Shown here: in pieces, positions 62,801-64,000 of the stretch
How positions within the stretch are numbered: position 1 is the stretch's first letter
How the letters are laid out: every line of letters begins with the position of its first letter
Assembly (NCBI GenBank): GCA_947165595.1
Contig: CAMVAV010000001.1
Coordinates: forward strand, 69,107 to 133,106
DNA: 64,000 bases
Direction: 5' to 3'
DNA from: an uncultured Clostridia bacterium
GTDB lineage: Bacteria; Bacillota; Clostridia; Oscillospirales; Oscillospiraceae
Translations under genes and position numbers: made by a program
Notes under the pieces: model-generated
Seen by the model: the letters and a program-made list of their open reading frames with translations, nothing else
Databases searched by the model: none
Told to the model about the DNA's origin: nothing

Positions 62801-64000
62801 GACACTTGCAGAAGGCGCTTTTACCGCATATGGATTACGCGCGTCTTTCCACGTACGCGAAAGAACTTATTGGCGTTTTGAATCGTAACGAATGGGTACA
62901 GTTGCCGCATTTTTGCTCGGGCTTTGGCATGAGTGAGTTTGGCACTGTGATTTCGCCGGTTGAGAGCAAAACAGGTAGGTTGAGCGACAAAACATGGTTG
63001 CAAATCATCCGAACCCCGCAGAATCGTATGGGAGAGCGGTTTCACAGCACCCATACCGGGGAGACATTCATTGAAGCAACCCATTGGAGCTTTTCGTCAT
63101 CGATGGGGCGTCAGGCAAAAGAAGAGCCGGAACGTTTCGCGCGGCTCGCGCTACGCTTTCCGGAAGATTGCTATTCCGGGTACATATCTGGTGTTCTGTA
63201 CGCTTTACGAGACTGGGAACCCGCGCAGGCGGATGATGCTGTTTTGATGAGCGAGGTTTTACGACGGTTTGGCAGAAAAAAGAACCACGATATTGGAACC
63301 GCTGCCATGATGCTGATTGAGCGGCATGCGGCACTGGAGTGGCCAGAAGACATACTTGACCTTATCGTGGAGTTGACAGCCATGCATTCGGAGGACGATG
63401 CAGACTATGTTGTTACAAACTCTCGTGATCCTGAACACAAGTCGGCGGATTCGCTTTTAAGTAATGCAATCAACACTGTTCGAGGATGTGCTCTGAGAGC
63501 TATTGCAAGTCTCCTTTGGCATCATCAAGACCTTGGAGAGCGGTTTAAAGAAACAATGCTTGTGATTGCTGATGATCCAAGCGACGTGACGCGATTTGCC
63601 GCTATGTTCTGCGTGACGCCCTACTACAACATCGACCGGGAATTCTCTGTTTTTCTATTCAAGAAGTTGCTTTCGCACGATTTGCGGGTACTTTACGCAC
63701 CGGGATGCTGGGAAGTGCTGGGACGAGAGTATCAAAATCATGCGGATGATTTCTTTCCAATGCTTAAAGAAGCAAGCGAATCCGATATGGAGGATCTTGC
63801 TGAGCGTGCCGCAGGTTATTTGTGCGCGGTTGCCGTTTTCTGTGATAATCCGAAAGCGTTGGAGTTTCTTTTCTCACATCCGTTTAGTGAAAAGCAAAAG
63901 AGTAAGATTAGCCAACAGGCGGCGTCTTCCTTTGAAAGCGAAAAGTATCATGAATCGAGCGAGCGAATTCTGCTATACCTACTTGATAATAGCTCGGAAG
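59830..64000 (+). CDS. Large nuclease-STAND/NACHT NTPase (Avs/AVAST-like anti-phage protein); 3' end outside window
   Basis: Hand translation open from ATG 59830 (RBS GGAGG) for about 1390 codons: GGRADKYGNQYE..VEF..YYQCK, Walker A GKAGSGKS, Walker B LIMDQLD, sensor FATR, FTHQSFLDYF, long helical C-terminus. Confidence 0.88.
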   Translation, partial: MSLEMGGRADKYGNQYENRYLARLLLRLVNEEISSVTVEPLGADSDSVEFISEHEGIKEYYQCKASNIDHDSWTIADLKRYKVFSRAKQIVLGGEGQEYFFISPLQYRQLDELCKRARTNASAREFVDYQLTSASLKERFNACANEFELNTDNPGELQQLVYLLAHCHFEQCSTGMEADRELDGRISSAFSGKAETVRCLLEQYANENGKFGIKIIAQDVVSYLTDKGHFLRNRSYDERVLPRVNTINQTKWGVYHPVFDRLLHRGATDEVIRIVQAGDSAIIHGKAGSGKSGCLQELINYLNEEHIPHLALKLDKFPPTESADEYGRRLGLLESPVYCLSKMASGKSCVLIMDQLDALRWTSSHSADALAVCKEMIMQAESINRLSEGKISVVFATRTFDLENDRGLRDLFDQGEAKQTDTMRWEKVCVSFFTPEDVVRVIGEEYNSFHPRLRKVLLVPSSLYVWSMLKHTRDRSSISTTYELMQKWWEEILKQCEEADVSHENAIACRDGVVRCMERQGVLCVPDAILSDHRKAVDVFVSCGLLAHNDGGGISFTHQSFLDYFISSDFEKRIYDGEELTQLVGNPDDQTPIIRYRLLTALQNLMESDQPMFVKQSKKLLESDSVRYYFKCAVFEVAGQCGDPCPELIGLVKKYRCLPDWRNHVNRSVFIGHPQYVTQLLSDLKEWVTDEELSLLKSVSDKVPDFVTDKLRPFALQDPERDQKIQWALCFDASADSENMFSLRCELLRNQPSLFDSFWGFSELIKKKSLRTIDLLGIQLDCWRKYQSAHLHIGENEAITEYIELFRRDIIHILFPRICDLTKDYSPQWPCYGFEQEYSTWRPEHFGSDSAIRKIIRFVKMAFEVYAREEPAELLELVANLPDAVSAVGHELIVHGICCLPTEYSDTAIQWLLDDFDNRVFVFTNENDYLHDTKQLLERFTPYCESVLFSRLERTICVWKESATEMTRKYKSRQEVNHEYGYPPVYYAYWGHLQKALLPHMDYARLSTYAKELIGVLNRNEWVQLPHFCSGFGMSEFGTVISPVESKTGRLSDKTWLQIIRTPQNRMGERFHSTHTGETFIEATHWSFSSSMGRQAKEEPERFARLALRFPEDCYSGYISGVLYALRDWEPAQADDAVLMSEVLRRFGRKKNHDIGTAAMMLIERHAALEWPEDILDLIVELTAMHSEDDADYVVTNSRDPEHKSADSLLSNAINTVRGCALRAIASLLWHHQDLGERFKETMLVIADDPSDVTRFAAMFCVTPYYNIDREFSVFLFKKLLSHDLRVLYAPGCWEVLGREYQNHADDFFPMLKEASESDMEDLAERAAGYLCAVAVFCDNPKALEFLFSHPFSEKQKSKISQQAASSFESEKYHESSERILLYLLDNSSE

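Larger units (their letters stand above)
49362..64000. mobile_element. Integrative mobilizable element / defence island at the tRNA-Arg 3' end; far boundary not in window
   Basis: Abrupt composition shifts, two tyrosine integrases, relaxase, MobC, AAA_25 protein, low-GC cargo; no T4SS genes seen. Confidence 0.85.

Noticed and set aside
59797-63383. Short ORFs listed across 60-63.4 kb
   Set aside because: All lie within or antisense to the single long STAND reading frame.
49362-64000. Prophage or self-transmissible ICE
   Set aside because: No virion, terminase, VirB4 or coupling-protein genes in the visible part; the remainder is outside the window.

Overview
A high-GC host chromosome segment, inferred from gene content, RBS/promoter style and a sporulation-type small gene to be Clostridia, probably Oscillospiraceae-like. 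Positions 1-49361 hold host genes. These are a cluster of zinc-ribbon/Gln-Pro membrane proteins; a system II cytochrome c locus with an unusual RnfG-like FMN domain fused to a pentaheme NrfA, a broken resB and ccsA; an MBOAT/SGNH pair; birA; a chrA pair; argR-argF; glgP; MoxR; GGDEF and EAL/HDOD genes; aroD; SLH proteins; a CBS-PPase; hisS; a K+ channel; rubrerythrin; a GntR/ABC operon; a carboxyltransferase; rex; and tRNA-Arg(CCG). The tRNA is an integration hotspot on both sides. Upstream lies a 193-bp mini-insert that duplicates the tRNA 5' half. Downstream lies an integrative mobilizable element that runs off the window end. It carries two tandem intact tyrosine integrases, a relaxase with an overprinted MobB-like ORF, MobC, an oriT candidate, an AAA_25 protein and DUF6076/DUF6809-like genes. 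Its low-GC cargo is a 2.2-kb block (RxxxxH/HEPN-like gene plus a membrane gene) bracketed by repeats with the palindromic core TGCCAAATTTGGCA, and a >1390-aa nuclease-STAND (Avs-like) gene missing from the ORF track. The best candidates for new biology are the RnfG-NrfA fusion and the palindrome-bounded cargo cassette with dual integrases. All family calls come from motif recognition by eye; no searches were run.
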